Of a DNA stretch of 64,000 nt, positions 62,521 through 64,000 are shown piece after piece; the stretch's first letter is position 1, and each line of letters begins with the position of its first letter. Made by a program: the position numbers and the translations under genes. The DNA is from a virus. Taxonomy: Duplodnaviria; Heunggongvirae; Uroviricota; Caudoviricetes. The notes under the pieces are model-generated. The model saw nothing but the letters and a program-made list of their open reading frames with translations. It ran no database searches and was not told where the DNA came from. The DNA is taken from the IMG/VR virus record IMGVR_UViG_3300025859_000003. One strand, written 5' to 3'.

Positions 62521-63551
62521 TCGAGGTCGTGTAATAGACCCGAACCAGCCGGCAGAATCCTCAGTTCTTTCAGGTTCTTGGCAGCCTCTACCTTGGCGTC
62601 TGCTTCAGCCTTCCTGGCATAAAGTTCGGCTTCCAGCATCAATGCCTCTTTCTGCTCCATCTTCAGCTTGGCTGCCTCGGCCTCAGCTTTCGCCTGGTCG
62701 ATGAGCATCTGATTTCGAACGCTTTGGGTCTGAGCATCTTCCTGGGCCGCAAGCTTGGCCGCCTCAGCCTCTGCCTGGCGTTTGGCCAGCATGGTCTTGT
62801 TGCGCTCATCCTGTGCCAGTTTTTCCTGCTTGGCGGTTTGGATGTCAGCCTCAGCCTGGACTTGGCGGTTGATTGCGTCCTGGATCTTCATGTCGTCGAA
62901 CGTTAGACCCTCCGCGGCACCGAAGTAATCAACGGTGACACCGAGCTCCTTGAACTTGGTCTGGACGATCTTTTCGACCTCCTTGAAGATATCGGTCTTG
63001 GTAAACTTACACTCTTCAAGTTTGAACTTGCCGAACCGGTCGGCCATCTCTTTCTGGGCGAAGCCCCGAATGTTGGTGTCGATGATCTCCTCCAGTTGTT
63101 TACCGCCGAAGTGGTACAGGAATTTCGCGGCATCAGTTTCTTCAACCCTGGCCATGATGGTGGCCCCGACACTGAACCCGATACTGTCGAGAGACTCAAC
63201 ATGAAGCTTTTCAGTTTTGTGGTCATTGGACTTGGCGTCGGTCCACTGTCGAGTGACAGGGGCTCGTTTGACGGTGATGACCCTTGCGGTCGGGATCCAC
63301 TCGTAGCTCCACCAGGCTCGGCCGGTGTCTCGGCTTCGAAGGGGAAGGACCACTCTGGCGGCTGCGACTTTGTGTTCTTCCAGAAATTCAATGCTCTTGA
63401 ATTTCCCTTGTTCATCGGTGTCTTCGATGTTGATCAGGAACGCGGTTTCATCCGGTTGGACCTCGACGCTCTGTTCGAGTTTGGCCGGACCACACCCCAT
63501 GAGAATCAGCATTACGGCCGACAATACGGTGGTCAACGTGAATCTGTTCAT
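62514..63551 (-). CDS. SPFH/band-7 domain lipoprotein
   Basis: Track ORF to 63584; ATG 63551 after GAAAGGAG; signal peptide with lipobox LILMGC; SPFH-like core then long Ala/Glu/Gln/Lys coiled coil. Confidence 0.55.
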   Translation of the reverse strand: MNRFTLTTVLSAVMLILMGCGPAKLEQSVEVQPDETAFLINIEDTDEQGKFKSIEFLEEHKVAAARVVLPLRSRDTGRAWWSYEWIPTARVITVKRAPVTRQWTDAKSNDHKTEKLHVESLDSIGFSVGATIMARVEETDAAKFLYHFGGKQLEEIIDTNIRGFAQKEMADRFGKFKLEECKFTKTDIFKEVEKIVQTKFKELGVTVDYFGAAEGLTFDDMKIQDAINRQVQAEADIQTAKQEKLAQDERNKTMLAKRQAEAEAAKLAAQEDAQTQSVRNQMLIDQAKAEAEAAKLKMEQKEALMLEAELYARKAEADAKVEAAKNLKELRILPAGSGLLHDLDK

Positions 63552-63637
63552 GGCACTCCTTTCGGGAAAAGAAACACCCGCCAACGATATGGAGTCGTTG
63601 GCGGGCGGTTGATTACAAATTTAGGGGGTCTTTGGAC

Positions 63638-63970
63638 CTAGTCCCAGGCGCGAGCTCCGACGGTGTCCTTGTCCATGGTCTTCTGGATGTAGAAGTAGAG
63701 CGTGGTGTCAGCCAGGACGTTGAACAGGTGGTCAGCGTGTTCAGGGTGACGGAGCAACAGAGGCTCGCCGTTTTTCGGCCGGACGAAGTAGGTTCCTTCC
63801 GGAGTCTTGTGGACGTGGAAGGATCCAATCAGGACGTGGTTCTTGGCGATCTCCAGTTTCTTGCTCGGCTTCTTGTCGGTTTCGAAGTTGATGGCGTGCT
63901 CCGGGAGCTCGCCGTTTGACAACGTCAGGAAGTATACGTCACCCTGGCGAGACTTCTCATGGAGCCCCAT
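63638..63970 (-). CDS. hypothetical protein
   Basis: 110 aa. Confidence 0.45.
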   Translation of the reverse strand: MGLHEKSRQGDVYFLTLSNGELPEHAINFETDKKPSKKLEIAKNHVLIGSFHVHKTPEGTYFVRPKNGEPLLLRHPEHADHLFNVLADTTLYFYIQKTMDKDTVGARAWD

Positions 63971-64000
63971 GGAGTAACGGCGCTCTTCTTTGGATGCCTT

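Noticed and set aside
1-64000. Integrase, transposase, attachment-site repeats or IS elements that would indicate a mobile island or prophage boundary
   Set aside because: None recognised; the only homing-type gene is the HNH endonuclease, called as a CDS.

Overview
This window reads as a gene-dense, moderately GC-rich stretch of a large tailed-phage genome (or prophage). Short ORFs are tightly packed, often with ATGA or GTGA start/stop overlaps and strong AGGAG-type ribosome-binding sites, and are arranged in strand blocks: plus strand 131-10588, minus strand 10642-51803, plus strand 51852-62264, and minus strand from 62514 to the window end. Recognisable products: DnaA domain-IV-like HTH protein, HNH endonuclease, four tandem proteins with DnaJ-type CxxCxGxG zinc fingers, SEC-C motif protein, VRR-NUC nuclease, phage ABA-sandwich protein, SpoT/Mesh1-like HD (p)ppGpp hydrolase, KTSC protein, HAD (NT5C-like) nucleotidase, dCTP deaminase, BCS1-like membrane AAA+ ATPase, DEDDh 3'-5' exonuclease, Nudix hydrolase, calcineurin-like metallophosphoesterase, several HTH proteins, many small zinc-ribbon and membrane proteins, a late tail-fibre/tailspike cluster (beta-helix protein, tail-fibre N-terminal domain, three tandem paralogues) and an SPFH/band-7 lipoprotein. 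No capsid, terminase, integrase, tRNA or CRISPR array was found in the window. Intergenic regions repeat one module: a 21-bp GC-rich palindrome TGGCYGCAGAGTCTGCRGCCA (11 copies), an intrinsic terminator hairpin with T-tract, and an orientation-specific motif TTTTTACGGCCTAAGAAGGTG about 20-40 nt upstream of at least 14 start codons. A 630-bp non-coding hub at 12003-12634 holds a perfect 35-bp palindrome, direct repeats and long stem-loops next to an HTH gene. Most products are hypothetical and all functional calls rest on motif recognition only.
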